Assembly: GCA_963748675.1 (NCBI GenBank)
Contig: CAVVJX010000009.1
Span: 336,054-400,053, forward strand
DNA from: an uncultured Chloroflexia bacterium
GTDB lineage: Bacteria; Chloroflexota; Limnocylindria; Limnocylindrales; CSP1-4
Direction: 5' to 3'
Length of the DNA: 64,000 nucleotides
Every line of letters starts with the position of its first letter. Within the stretch, counting starts at the first letter, position 1. The notes beneath the pieces were generated by a model that was not told where the DNA came from, did no database searches, and was given only the letters and a program-made list of their open reading frames with translations. The position numbers were made by a program, and so were the translations under genes. Positions 9,070-17,311 of the stretch are shown piece by piece.

Positions 9070-9668
9070 GCCTTGACCGCCCGCATCGCTTCGAGGAGCG
9101 AACCGCCACCGGACGTCCCGGCCGCGGCGACCATCACCTCCACCTCCGTGCCCTGGGCGCCGGGGATCACGGCGACGCACGCCGCCCGGATGCGCTCGGC
9201 GAGGACGGACGCCTCGGCTTCGAGCGTTTCGGGCATGAGGACGTGGAAGCGGTCCGGACCGAAGCGGGTGACCCGGTCCGTCTCGCGCGCCTGGTGCCGG
9301 ATGGCGCCGCCGATCCGTGCTGCGTAGTGGTCGACGGCACCCGCGGTAAGCATCCGGAGGCGGACCGCCAGGATCGCGGCCGGCCGCCCGTAGCGCGCGA
9401 CGCGTGCGTCCTCATGGCGCAGCGCGATGTCCCAGTCGGTTCGAGTGTCCATGGCCACGACACGGCGGACCGGGCGAAGGCCCTCGGACCGGAGATGCCG
9501 GGACCGGCGGGTTCGCCGCGCGCGCACCGGCGGCCCTTCGAGGAACGCCTCGATGCGTTCGCCGGCACGCTCATCATGGTGGTCGTCGGGCAGGACGAAA
9601 CGCGGGCGACGCGCCGATCGGGCGCTGGGGCGTGGGGGCTGCGGTGAGCCTGCGGGGAGGTCGGCCAC
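9054..9668 (-). CDS. Degenerate GGDEF-like domain protein
   Basis: RFGPDRFHVLMPET sits in place of RxGGDEF, and the flanking region looks like the GGDEF fold. Start set at GTG9668 by TAGACT (9677-9682, minus strand) followed by N8. Confidence 0.45.
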   Translation of the reverse strand: MADLPAGSPQPPRPSARSARRPRFVLPDDHHDERAGERIEAFLEGPPVRARRTRRSRHLRSEGLRPVRRVVAMDTRTDWDIALRHEDARVARYGRPAAILAVRLRMLTAGAVDHYAARIGGAIRHQARETDRVTRFGPDRFHVLMPETLEAEASVLAERIRAACVAVIPGAQGTEVEVMVAAAGTSGGGSLLEAMRAVKARLET

Positions 9669-9732
9669 TGCCGGGAAGTCTAGCCCGGTCGACGGGATCC
9701 GGCCGGGACGCGAACGAACGTTGGCTCTTTCG

Positions 9733-11235
9733 TCAGACGCTGACGGCCAGCGACGGGCGGCTCGAGCGGGTGGCCGGGGTGTAGGCCGCCCACGCGGCGG
9801 CCAGGCGCTCGACGCCATCGACCAGCCGATCCGGCTCCGAGCCGTAGGCGATCCGGATGTGGTCGCGGAAACCCCCGTCCGGCGAGGCGAGTGGACCGGG
9901 CCGCACGACCACGCCCAGGGTCGCCGCGAGGCGGCTGAACGCCACCGCGTCCGTCCCCGGGAGGCGTACCCACAGGGAGAGCCCGCCCTTGGGCTCGGTC
10001 CAGGACCACTCGGGCAGGCGCGTCGCGAGCGCCTCCATCAACACCGAGCGTCGTTCACCGGCGGCCTTCCGACTGCGCGCCGCGACGTCGTCGAGCCGAT
10101 CGAACACGCGTGCGCCGATCGCCTGCGTGACGAGACTCGAGGAATGGTCCGCGACGATCTTGCCGGCGACGAGCCGATCGATGATGTCTCGTGACGCCCG
10201 AACCCAACCGACACGCAGCCCGCCCCAGGCGAGCTTGCTGAGCGAGCCGACCGTGATGACCCGGTCGTCTGGGTCGAATGCGGCGATCGGGGGCGGGCCC
10301 CCGACCCCGAGCGTCAGGTCGGGCGTGAGGTCCTCGACGACCTGAAAGCCGGTTTCGGCGGCCATCCGCGCGAGCTCGCGCCGGCGCGATTCCGGCATGA
10401 CGGCGCCGGTCGGGTTCTGGAAGGTCGGGATGACGTAGACGAGTCGGACCGGGGCGCTCGTCCCGAGCAGTCCGATGACCTCGACCCTGGCGCCGTCGTC
10501 GTCGACCGGGATCGGGACGAGCCGGTTGCCGGTCGTGCGGAACGCATCGATGGCCCCGATGTACGTCGGGTTCTCCATCACGATCGAGCTCCCCGGTCCG
10601 CCGAGCTGCGACCCGATGAGATGGAGCGCCTGCTGCGCGCCGCTCGTGACGAGGACCTGGTCCGGTTCCGTGGCCACGCCGAGGCGGGTCAGGTAGGCGG
10701 CGATCTGTCCGCGCAGTGCCGGCAGGCCGAACGGGTCGTAGCCGGTGTCACGGAGGAGGTTCGGAAGGTCCTCGCGCACCGCCGCGGCCATCGCCTCTGC
10801 CACGATCGATCCCGCCGGGAGCGCTCCGATGGTGAGTTCGATGGCGTCGTCGACGAGCGGGGTCAGGAGGCCGACCGCGGGTGCCGTCGCCGCCGTCGTG
10901 GTCGATGGCATCCGGACGGCGTCCGACTCCATCGTCTCGAGTGACGCGAGGTACGGCTGCGTCAGGCCCGGTCGTCGGGCCGCCACCCTCGTACCGCTCC
11001 CCTGGCGGCTTCGCGCCAGGCCCGCCAGTCGGAGGCGGTCGTAGGCCGCGACGATCGTGGTGCGACTGAGCGCGAGTTCGCGTGCGAGCTCGCGCTCCGC
11101 CGGCAGACGCGCCCCGGGGGGCAGCAGACCGAGGTCGATCGCCCGTGCGAGGGCGGCCGCGAGCTGCTCGTTGAGGGGGTCGGCGCCATCCGCCCAGGGA
11201 CCGATGAGCTCCACGAGCGTGGCCGCGGAGACCAT
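9733..11235 (-). CDS. MocR/PdxR-family regulator (GntR wHTH fused to a fold-type I aminotransferase-like domain)
   Basis: HTH LPAERELARELALSRTTIVAAYDRLRLAGL, plus an aminotransferase-like body. Start moved to ATG11235 because the first 21 codons of the ORF fall in the low-GC operator region. Confidence 0.8.
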   Translation of the reverse strand: MVSAATLVELIGPWADGADPLNEQLAAALARAIDLGLLPPGARLPAERELARELALSRTTIVAAYDRLRLAGLARSRQGSGTRVAARRPGLTQPYLASLETMESDAVRMPSTTTAATAPAVGLLTPLVDDAIELTIGALPAGSIVAEAMAAAVREDLPNLLRDTGYDPFGLPALRGQIAAYLTRLGVATEPDQVLVTSGAQQALHLIGSQLGGPGSSIVMENPTYIGAIDAFRTTGNRLVPIPVDDDGARVEVIGLLGTSAPVRLVYVIPTFQNPTGAVMPESRRRELARMAAETGFQVVEDLTPDLTLGVGGPPPIAAFDPDDRVITVGSLSKLAWGGLRVGWVRASRDIIDRLVAGKIVADHSSSLVTQAIGARVFDRLDDVAARSRKAAGERRSVLMEALATRLPEWSWTEPKGGLSLWVRLPGTDAVAFSRLAATLGVVVRPGPLASPDGGFRDHIRIAYGSEPDRLVDGVERLAAAWAAYTPATRSSRPSLAVSV

Positions 11236-11248
11236 CGATTGCCTTTTA

Positions 11249-11355
11249 AGTCCACTTTGGCTTGATTGGCTATTGGACTGGTCGGTCATGGGCGTCATGA
11301 TGCGCGAAGCAACAGTCCAATGTCAAGACGCCGGGGTTGTTCGACGTCATTGGAC
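11249..11355. promoter_or_regulatory. Four AGTCCA(A/C)T-type boxes in two inverted pairs (candidate MocR operator)
   Basis: AGTCCAC at 11249-55 (+), AGTCCAAT at 11272-79 (-), AGTCCAAT at 11314-21 (+), GTCCAAT at 11349-55 (-). They lie in the divergent region between the MocR gene and the 54-aa ORF. Confidence 0.5.
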
Positions 11356-11377
11356 CGGAAAGGAAGGGCGAAAAGAC

Positions 11378-11542
11378 ATGACGTTCGATCAGGTCGTGGC
11401 CGCCCTCGCTGCGGCCGCCTTCATCATCGGCCCGCTCGTCGCATTCGCGGCGGCGGCGCTCCACTTCGGCGTCGATTCCCGTCCCGGCATCGACGACCGC
11501 GACAGTCGACCCTGGCTCGTACCGCCGGCACAACCTCGATAA
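11378..11542 (+). CDS. Small (54 aa) single-TM membrane protein
   Basis: GGAAAGGAAGGG SD upstream. Hydrophobic VVAALAAAAFIIGPLVAFAAAAL. A strong hairpin follows the gene. Confidence 0.45.
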   Translation: MTFDQVVAALAAAAFIIGPLVAFAAAALHFGVDSRPGIDDRDSRPWLVPPAQPR

Positions 11543-11555
11543 CCCGCGCAGACGG

Positions 11556-11588
11556 ACGACCCCGGCCCACGGCCGGGGTCGTTTCGTG
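11556..11588 (+). terminator. Hairpin with 12-bp GC stem ACGACCCCGGCC-cac-GGCCGGGGTCGT followed by TTCGTG
   Basis: Read from the sequence. It lies in the convergent spacer after the small ORF. Confidence 0.55.
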
Positions 11589-11628
11589 CCTGGGCGTCTC
11601 GGACGCCCCTCATGCCGGTGCTCGAGGC

Positions 11629-12201
11629 TCAGCCGTTCGCGGCGGCTCGCTTCTCCGCTTTCATGGCGCGCTTGCCAGCCTGATAGGACGCCAGCGCCTC
11701 GGGCGAATCGACATCACCGAGCGTCGGATGCGTCGGCATCACGGCATCAAGACCCGGCAGCTCCAGGCCGAGGCGCTTGCCCAGGATCGCGATGATCGCG
11801 GCGGCCTTCATCTCGCCGATACCTGGCAGGGCCAGCAGCCGGCGCTTGAGGTCGGGGCCATCGGTCGCTTCCGTCCAGACGCGGGACGCGTCGTTGCCGT
11901 AATCGGTGGCGATCGCGGCGGCGAGCTGCTGGACCTTACCGGCCATCGAGCCTGGGAACCGGTGCAGCGCCGGCGGCTTCCGGAACACGGCATCGAGCTC
12001 CGCGGGGTCGGTCGCCGCGAGCTTCGCCGCATCCAGGTGGCCGATCCGACGCTCGAGCTCGAGTGGGCCGCTGAACGCCTTCTGGACCGTGACCTGCTGG
12101 TCGAGCGCGAACCCGATCAGCATCGCGAGGGGATCGGAGACGAGCAATCGATCCGCGGCGTCGTCGCCGGTGAAGGGAAGTCGGTCGGTCGTGGCAGTCA
12201 T
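11629..12201 (-). CDS. HhH-GPD-type base excision DNA repair protein
   Basis: LLALPGIGEMKAAAIIAILGKRLG helix-hairpin-helix. Start set at ATG12201 by TACCAT (12209-12214, minus strand) followed by N7. Confidence 0.7.
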   Translation of the reverse strand: MTATTDRLPFTGDDAADRLLVSDPLAMLIGFALDQQVTVQKAFSGPLELERRIGHLDAAKLAATDPAELDAVFRKPPALHRFPGSMAGKVQQLAAAIATDYGNDASRVWTEATDGPDLKRRLLALPGIGEMKAAAIIAILGKRLGLELPGLDAVMPTHPTLGDVDSPEALASYQAGKRAMKAEKRAAANG

Positions 12202-12346
12202 GGGCTGCATGGTACGGCGGTTGCGCCACGGGGCGCCCAGGCCCGGGGGATCTTGCCGAGGCCCCGTCACCGTGGCGAAATCGACATCCCGGGACGCTTA
12301 TGGCCGGTGACCCCATCCCGACCGTCCGTCGGGGCGAATCCGGGTC

Positions 12347-12478
12347 GTAACCGTCTCCCGGTGACGATCCTGCCGAGATCGGGCCGATCGTCGGCCATAA
12401 CCGTCCCCCGGTGTCGATCCTGCCGGGATCGCGCTCACACCAGCCGTAACCGTCTCGCGGTGTCGATCCTGCCGAAAG
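12347..12478. repeat. Three direct repeats of about 33 bp at a 49-50 bp period (RTAACCGTCYCSCGGTGWCGATCCTGCCGRRA)
   Basis: Copies start at 12347, 12397 and 12446 and are separated by 16-17 nt. Weaker look-alikes occur at about 12262-12297 and 12320-12346. Confidence 0.8.
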
Positions 12479-12582
12479 CCGGCTACGGGACCGGTCACGG
12501 ACGAGCCACGGGACGCGCGTGGCCCGGACATACCGAGACCCGGCTTGACGCCGGGCCTCGATGGCGCGCGAAGATGGAAGGC

Positions 12583-13431
12583 TCAGCCGCCGGCGCGCCA
12601 CTGCGTGGCGGTCAACGCCAGGTTGCCGATGAGAGACCGCCAGTACTTGCCGGCCTTGGGCGGATCCATGTGGACGCGCGCCCAGCTCGTTCGGGGGGAG
12701 TTGAAGTAGAAGTCACGGGCGCCACTCCAGGAGGGGTGGGTCTGGAAGATCGAGTTCAGCGACCGTGTGGACTTGAACAGCGCGCGAATCGTGTACGACG
12801 CGCTCGTGATCGCCTCGGCGAAGACGGCCTTGGCGCCCGTCCGAAGGAATCCGGCGCCGTAGTTGTCCACGCGCTTCATGGCGGTCGACTTCGTCGGGTT
12901 CGCGGAACCCCATTCCGAATTGCCCGATGCATAGCACAGGCGGTTCAGGATGACGACGGCGTTCTTCGCCATCTGGATGTCGCGATCGATGTAGTACTCG
13001 CCCCAGTATTTGACGTTCGAGTTCCCGTTGCCGTACGAGGCGTTGAGCCCCATCCCGTCCTTGGTGTAGCGCTGGAACGCGCCGTAGGGACTGGGATAGC
13101 CGTTGCCATGGCCGAGGTAGATCAGCAGATTGGCGCCCTGGGCGGCAGCCTTGACCTTGGACCATGTCGCGTAGGGGCTGTAGATCTCCGTGACCGACGC
13201 TCCGTACGAGCGCGCCAGCGATGCGTAGTACTTGCCGCTGGACTTGTATTCCGAGGTCCTGGACCCGACCGGTCCGACGACCACGACGACCTTGAGAGCT
13301 CGGGCGTTGGTTTCCTGGGGGTTCGCCATCGCTCCGAGGCTCACGACCAGCGCGGCCGTCAGAGCAAATGCGGTCAGGCGAAGTGACCGGTGGCTGGCCG
13401 CCCTCTGGGCGACGTTCGTGGGTACTAGCAA
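12583..13431 (-). CDS. Secreted hypothetical protein with a possible caspase/gingipain-like (clan CD) His...Cys arrangement
   Basis: TTG13431 follows GAAGGAGG at 8-nt spacing. Signal peptide LRLTAFALTAALVVSLGAMA. A beta-strand plus LLIYLGHGNG, then VVILNRLCYASG about 58 aa later. Confidence 0.4.
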   Translation of the reverse strand: MLVPTNVAQRAASHRSLRLTAFALTAALVVSLGAMANPQETNARALKVVVVVGPVGSRTSEYKSSGKYYASLARSYGASVTEIYSPYATWSKVKAAAQGANLLIYLGHGNGYPSPYGAFQRYTKDGMGLNASYGNGNSNVKYWGEYYIDRDIQMAKNAVVILNRLCYASGNSEWGSANPTKSTAMKRVDNYGAGFLRTGAKAVFAEAITSASYTIRALFKSTRSLNSIFQTHPSWSGARDFYFNSPRTSWARVHMDPPKAGKYWRSLIGNLALTATQWRAGG

Positions 13432-13917
13432 GATTCCTGCCTCCTTCTTCCGGAACACCGCGTTGGGGGACGCGGCGACGGTGGGTGGTGCCGCCACCTG
13501 GCAGGGAGTTCGCGAGCGCGCGAGGGACGGACGCCCGTCGATCGCGGTGAGCGCGAACGAAGGGTTGACGCGGTCCGGGTGAACCGAACCGTGGCCGTCG
13601 AGTGAAAGAACACCCGACGTGATCGACAGGGTCCTGCCGTTGGGGCGGCGAGTCTTTGGTTGTGCCTGTCTGTTGGGCGTTTGCAAGCCTGGGGGGCTGT
13701 GACGAAGTATGCCAGTGCAAACAAGGCCGCGTCTTTGCACCAGTCGTACCGGTGCGCAACGGGCCGTTTTTCAACAGCAGGAAGTTCCGGTACGACCGAT
13801 TTCGGCTATGCTCCGGGCGGCCCACGTGCGGCCGCGCTCGCGCGCGTCGCCCGACGCCGCTGTCGCGCTCCCGCGGAGCCCCGCCCGCGACGGCCAGGGT
13901 CCCTGCAGGAGCCACGC

Positions 13918-15183
13918 TTGACCTTCGACACACTCGGCCTGTCGGCCGATCTACTCAAGACCGTCACCGAAGAGGGCTACACCACACCCACACCGGTGCA
14001 GGCAGCCGCCATCCCCCTCGTCCTTGCCGGCCGTGACGTCCTCGCCGCCGCCCAGACCGGCACCGGCAAGACCGCCGCGTTCACCCTACCGATCCTGGAT
14101 CGCCTCCGGCCGCAGGCCAATACGTCGTTCTCGCCGGCCCGCCACCCGGTTCGCGCGCTCATCCTCGTGCCCACCCGCGAGCTCGCGATGCAGGTCGATG
14201 AGAGCGTCCGTACCTACGGCCGGACCGTGCCGCTGCGTTCGACCGTGGTGTACGGCGGCATCCCGATGGACCCGCAGATCAAGGCCCTGCGCGCCGGCGT
14301 CGAGATCCTCGTTGCGACCCCGGGTCGGCTGCTCGACCTCGTCGGCCAGAAGGTCGCGAACCTCGGCCAGGTCGAGATCCTGGTCCTCGACGAGGCCGAC
14401 CGGATGCTCGACATGGGCTTCCTGCCGGACATCCAGCGCATCATCGAGCTCCTCCCCAAGCGCCGCCAGAACCTGATGTTCTCCGCGACCTTCTCGGACG
14501 ACATCCGGCGCCTGTCCGGGACGATCCTGCGCGACCCCGAGACGGTCGAGGTGGCCCCGCGCAACACCACCGTCGAGGGGATCCGTCAACTCGTCTACCC
14601 GGTGGATCGCGATCGCAAGGAGGCCCTCCTCGCGCACCTCATCCGATCGGGCGATCTGCACCAGGTCCTGGTCTTCACGCGCACGAAGCTTGCCGCCTCG
14701 CGACTCGCGACGCGCCTGGACCGCGAAGGCATCGATGCCGTCGCCATCCACAGCGACCGGTCGCAGCCGGAGCGGACGCGGGCGCTTGAAGGCTTCAAGA
14801 CCGGGACCATCCGGGTGCTCGTCGCCACCGACGTCGCCGCGCGCGGCCTCGATATCGAGGACCTGCCGGTCGTCGTGAACTTCGAGCTGCCGTGGAACCC
14901 GCAGGACTACATCCACCGCATCGGCCGGACCGGACGCGCGGGCGCGCTGGGCGAGGCGATCAGCCTGGTGTGCATCGACGAGGTCGACCTGCTCCGCGGC
15001 GTGCAGCGCATGCTCAAGCACGCGATCCCGTGGACGGTGGCCGAGGGCTTCGTGCCGGATCGGGATACGGAGCCACGGCCCCTTGGCATGCGCAGCGGCC
15101 ATGCCCGCGTGACGCAAGAGCACCACGCCCACCGCAAGCCCGTGCGCCGACGGACAGGGGCCGGCACCGGCGGTTCACGCTAG
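13918..15183 (+). CDS. DEAD-box ATP-dependent RNA helicase (RhlE-like)
   Basis: Q motif TPTPVQ, AQTGTGKT, DEAD, SAT, HRIGRTGR. TTG start after GCAGGAG. Arg-rich C-tail. Confidence 0.85.
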   Translation: MTFDTLGLSADLLKTVTEEGYTTPTPVQAAAIPLVLAGRDVLAAAQTGTGKTAAFTLPILDRLRPQANTSFSPARHPVRALILVPTRELAMQVDESVRTYGRTVPLRSTVVYGGIPMDPQIKALRAGVEILVATPGRLLDLVGQKVANLGQVEILVLDEADRMLDMGFLPDIQRIIELLPKRRQNLMFSATFSDDIRRLSGTILRDPETVEVAPRNTTVEGIRQLVYPVDRDRKEALLAHLIRSGDLHQVLVFTRTKLAASRLATRLDREGIDAVAIHSDRSQPERTRALEGFKTGTIRVLVATDVAARGLDIEDLPVVVNFELPWNPQDYIHRIGRTGRAGALGEAISLVCIDEVDLLRGVQRMLKHAIPWTVAEGFVPDRDTEPRPLGMRSGHARVTQEHHAHRKPVRRRTGAGTGGSR

Positions 15184-15204
15184 GAACACCGCCGAGGCGG
15201 GTGA

Positions 15205-15759
15205 CTACGGCGCGCTCGTCTCCGAGGCCATCGGGGCCGGCCGGCGCTCGATCGCATCCGTCTCGCTCGTGGCGGGCATCGCAGCTCCCGGGAAGAAGAA
15301 GCCGAGCATGATGTCGGCCTCGACGCGCTCGACGCTGTAGCGATTCACGAGGGCTTCCTGGCCGATCGGCCCGAGCACCCCGCCATCCACTCGACCGAGA
15401 CGTGGTTCGCGGATGAGCACGAACTCGCCGTTCGGTCGCGCGAGAGCCCGATCCGGGTCGTAGCCCGGGAGCGTCGGCAGCTCACCTTCGAGGACGTACG
15501 GGCCGACCTCGATCCTGAGGGCGTGCCAGCTGGCGTGGACGGGGATGGCCGATTCGTCGTTCGTGACGGCGACGAGGACGTCGTCGATGCCGATCGTCAG
15601 GTCGCCCGCGGCCTGCGCCTCGGAGGCACCGAGGGGTAACCAGCGAACGCTCTGGAGTGCCAGTTCGCCGGTCTCCTCCAGGATCTCGCGCAGATGCCCG
15701 GCACGCGTGAGCGTGCCGCGGGCCATCCCCCCGACCGTATAAGCATCGACCTGGATCAT
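15205..15759 (-). CDS. Hypothetical protein
   Basis: Internal ATG of ORF 15205..15858 (MIQVDAYTVGG...) after GGGGGAAAC. Balanced composition. I recognise no family. Confidence 0.4.
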   Translation of the reverse strand: MIQVDAYTVGGMARGTLTRAGHLREILEETGELALQSVRWLPLGASEAQAAGDLTIGIDDVLVAVTNDESAIPVHASWHALRIEVGPYVLEGELPTLPGYDPDRALARPNGEFVLIREPRLGRVDGGVLGPIGQEALVNRYSVERVEADIMLGFFFPGAAMPATSETDAIERRPAPMASETSAP

Positions 15760-15876
15760 GTTTCCCCCGAAACGTACGCGCAACGTGCGCCCTCCGATGG
15801 CAAAGGTCAACAGGCGTCCGTACCCCCCGGTCCGGTGCGATGGTCCCATCGCCCGCACGACGCAGGCGGCGCAGGT

Positions 15877-17265
15877 TCAGCGCTGGCTGGTGCAGTTCAC
15901 GCAGGCGCCGGCGGCCCGGGCGGTCCTGAGCAGAGCGCGCACGAAGATCCCGGGGTCGGTCCGGCTCTGGTTGGTCACGACCGCGATCGCGACGTCCTCG
16001 TCTGGCAGCCAGCGGACGGCCGAGCGAAAGCCGAGCAAGCGACCGGAATGCCCGAGCGACGCGAAACCATCGATCTCCTGGCGCTGGACGCCGAGGCCGT
16101 AGGGCACGCGCGGCTTGTACAGGGCGGTCCGGCTGATGTCGCCGACCATCGCATCGACCGACTCCTGGGACAGCACGGCGCCGGCGTAGAGCGCGCGGGC
16201 CCAGCGGACGAGGTCGGTCGAGTTGGAGGCGAACGCTCCGGCGCCGGCCGCCGCGGTGACGACGGAGGTGAACGGCATGTACGCGCTGCCATCGGACAGG
16301 TCGATGGCCGGCGCGTCCTTCGCGGTCGACTCGAACCGGTAGCCGTGGGCGCCGTCCGCACTGGCCTCTTCGGTGGGCTGATACCAGGTGTGGCGCAGGC
16401 CGAGCGGGTCGAGGAAGCGGGCGCGGACCTGGTCGGCCAGGGGCGCGCCACCGACACGCTCGGCCAGCATCCCTAGCACGAGGTAATTGGTGTTCGAGTA
16501 GTGCCAACCCGTGCCCGGCTTGAAGTACGCCTTGCCGACGTGCTTCATCGCGTCGGCCGTACCCCAGACCCGGCCGCGATCCGTCAGCAGCTTCTTGTCG
16601 ATCGCCGGATGGAAGAAGTAGTCGCGCAGGCCGCTCGTGTGGTCGAGCAGCTGGCGGACCGTGATCCTGGCATTGACCTTCACGTCGGGCAGGTACGTCC
16701 GCACGGGCACGTCGAGCCCGATCGTCCCGTCCTGGGCGAGGGCCAGCACGAGGGCCGCCGTGAAGGTCTTGCTCACGCTCGCGATGGCGAAGGACGTCGA
16801 CGCGGTCACGGGCGTCTTGGCGGCCACGTTCGCGAGGCCACTCACGCCGACCCACGAGCTGCCATCGGGGAACAGGATCGTAACGGAGATGCCGGGGACC
16901 CCGTACCGCTCGCGCAGCTGGTCGAGGCGTTTCTGCAGGGAGCGGCGCGTGGCAGGCGTGGCCGTGAGACCGGCCCGCTCCGGTGGCCGGACCCCGATGG
17001 TGGCGACGACCGGGCGCGCCGCCAGGGGTGGCGCCGGGATCGGATTCGCGGGTTCCGCGCTCGCCGGCCGGGGGCCGTTATCGATCTCGGCGCGAGCCGT
17101 CGGGGCCGCCAGCGGCGTCGGCCGCGCGGCCGAGATCGGGTCGGGGATCCGGGATGTGGTCAGCAGCGGGCCGAGCGCGATCGAGATGAGGCTCGTCGCC
17201 ATGACGGTGGCGAGGATCAGGAGGGCGCGCCGGACCCGCGTCCGCCGCGGCCGAACAGCAGCCAT
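15877..17265 (-). CDS. Serine hydrolase (beta-lactamase / D-Ala-D-Ala carboxypeptidase class C family) with N-terminal TM anchor
   Basis: SxxK motif ASVSKTF, plus YSNTNY. Start at ATG17265 (MAAVRPRRTRVRRALLILATV). Confidence 0.75.
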   Translation of the reverse strand: MAAVRPRRTRVRRALLILATVMATSLISIALGPLLTTSRIPDPISAARPTPLAAPTARAEIDNGPRPASAEPANPIPAPPLAARPVVATIGVRPPERAGLTATPATRRSLQKRLDQLRERYGVPGISVTILFPDGSSWVGVSGLANVAAKTPVTASTSFAIASVSKTFTAALVLALAQDGTIGLDVPVRTYLPDVKVNARITVRQLLDHTSGLRDYFFHPAIDKKLLTDRGRVWGTADAMKHVGKAYFKPGTGWHYSNTNYLVLGMLAERVGGAPLADQVRARFLDPLGLRHTWYQPTEEASADGAHGYRFESTAKDAPAIDLSDGSAYMPFTSVVTAAAGAGAFASNSTDLVRWARALYAGAVLSQESVDAMVGDISRTALYKPRVPYGLGVQRQEIDGFASLGHSGRLLGFRSAVRWLPDEDVAIAVVTNQSRTDPGIFVRALLRTARAAGACVNCTSQR

Positions 17266-17298
17266 GCGCAGTGCACGGTACCGCGAGTCCGTCACGGG

Positions 17299-17304
17299 TA
17301 CCAT
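17299..17304 (+). promoter_or_regulatory. -10-like TACCAT, 7 nt upstream of ATG17312 (leaderless-type)
   Basis: Sequence reads TACCAT-cccccgg-ATG. Confidence 0.4.
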
Positions 17305-17311
17305 CCCCCGG

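Noticed and set aside
12347-12478. Possible mini-CRISPR array (repeat-spacer-repeat appearance)
   Set aside because: There are only three repeats, the spacers are 16-17 nt (too short), the repeat ends are not sharply defined, and no cas genes occur anywhere in the window. I kept it as a generic direct-repeat finding instead.
11266-13386. Long ORFs with Arg/Pro/Gly/Ala-rich translations (this 706-aa ORF, and also 6489..7961, 21459..23657, 46113..48656, 53139..55262 and many others)
   Set aside because: They are antisense or out-of-frame to genes with clear family signatures. Their low-complexity R/P/G composition is typical of non-coding frames in ~70% GC DNA.
13432-13917. ncRNA or attenuator in the 486-bp region upstream of the DEAD-box helicase (hairpin GTGCAAA-N12-TTTGCAC near 13715-13741, and a T5 run near 13770)
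   Set aside because: The T-run is not preceded by a convincing stem, and I recognise no known RNA family motif. A long 5' UTR is common for cold-shock-type helicase genes. This needs RNA-seq or an Rfam scan rather than a call.
16637-17311. N-terminal 225 codons of ORF 16637..18583 as part of the GreA fusion
   Set aside because: This part is antisense to the serine-hydrolase gene and has junk composition. A TACCAT-N7-ATG promoter/start at 17312 fits the 46-bp divergent spacer.
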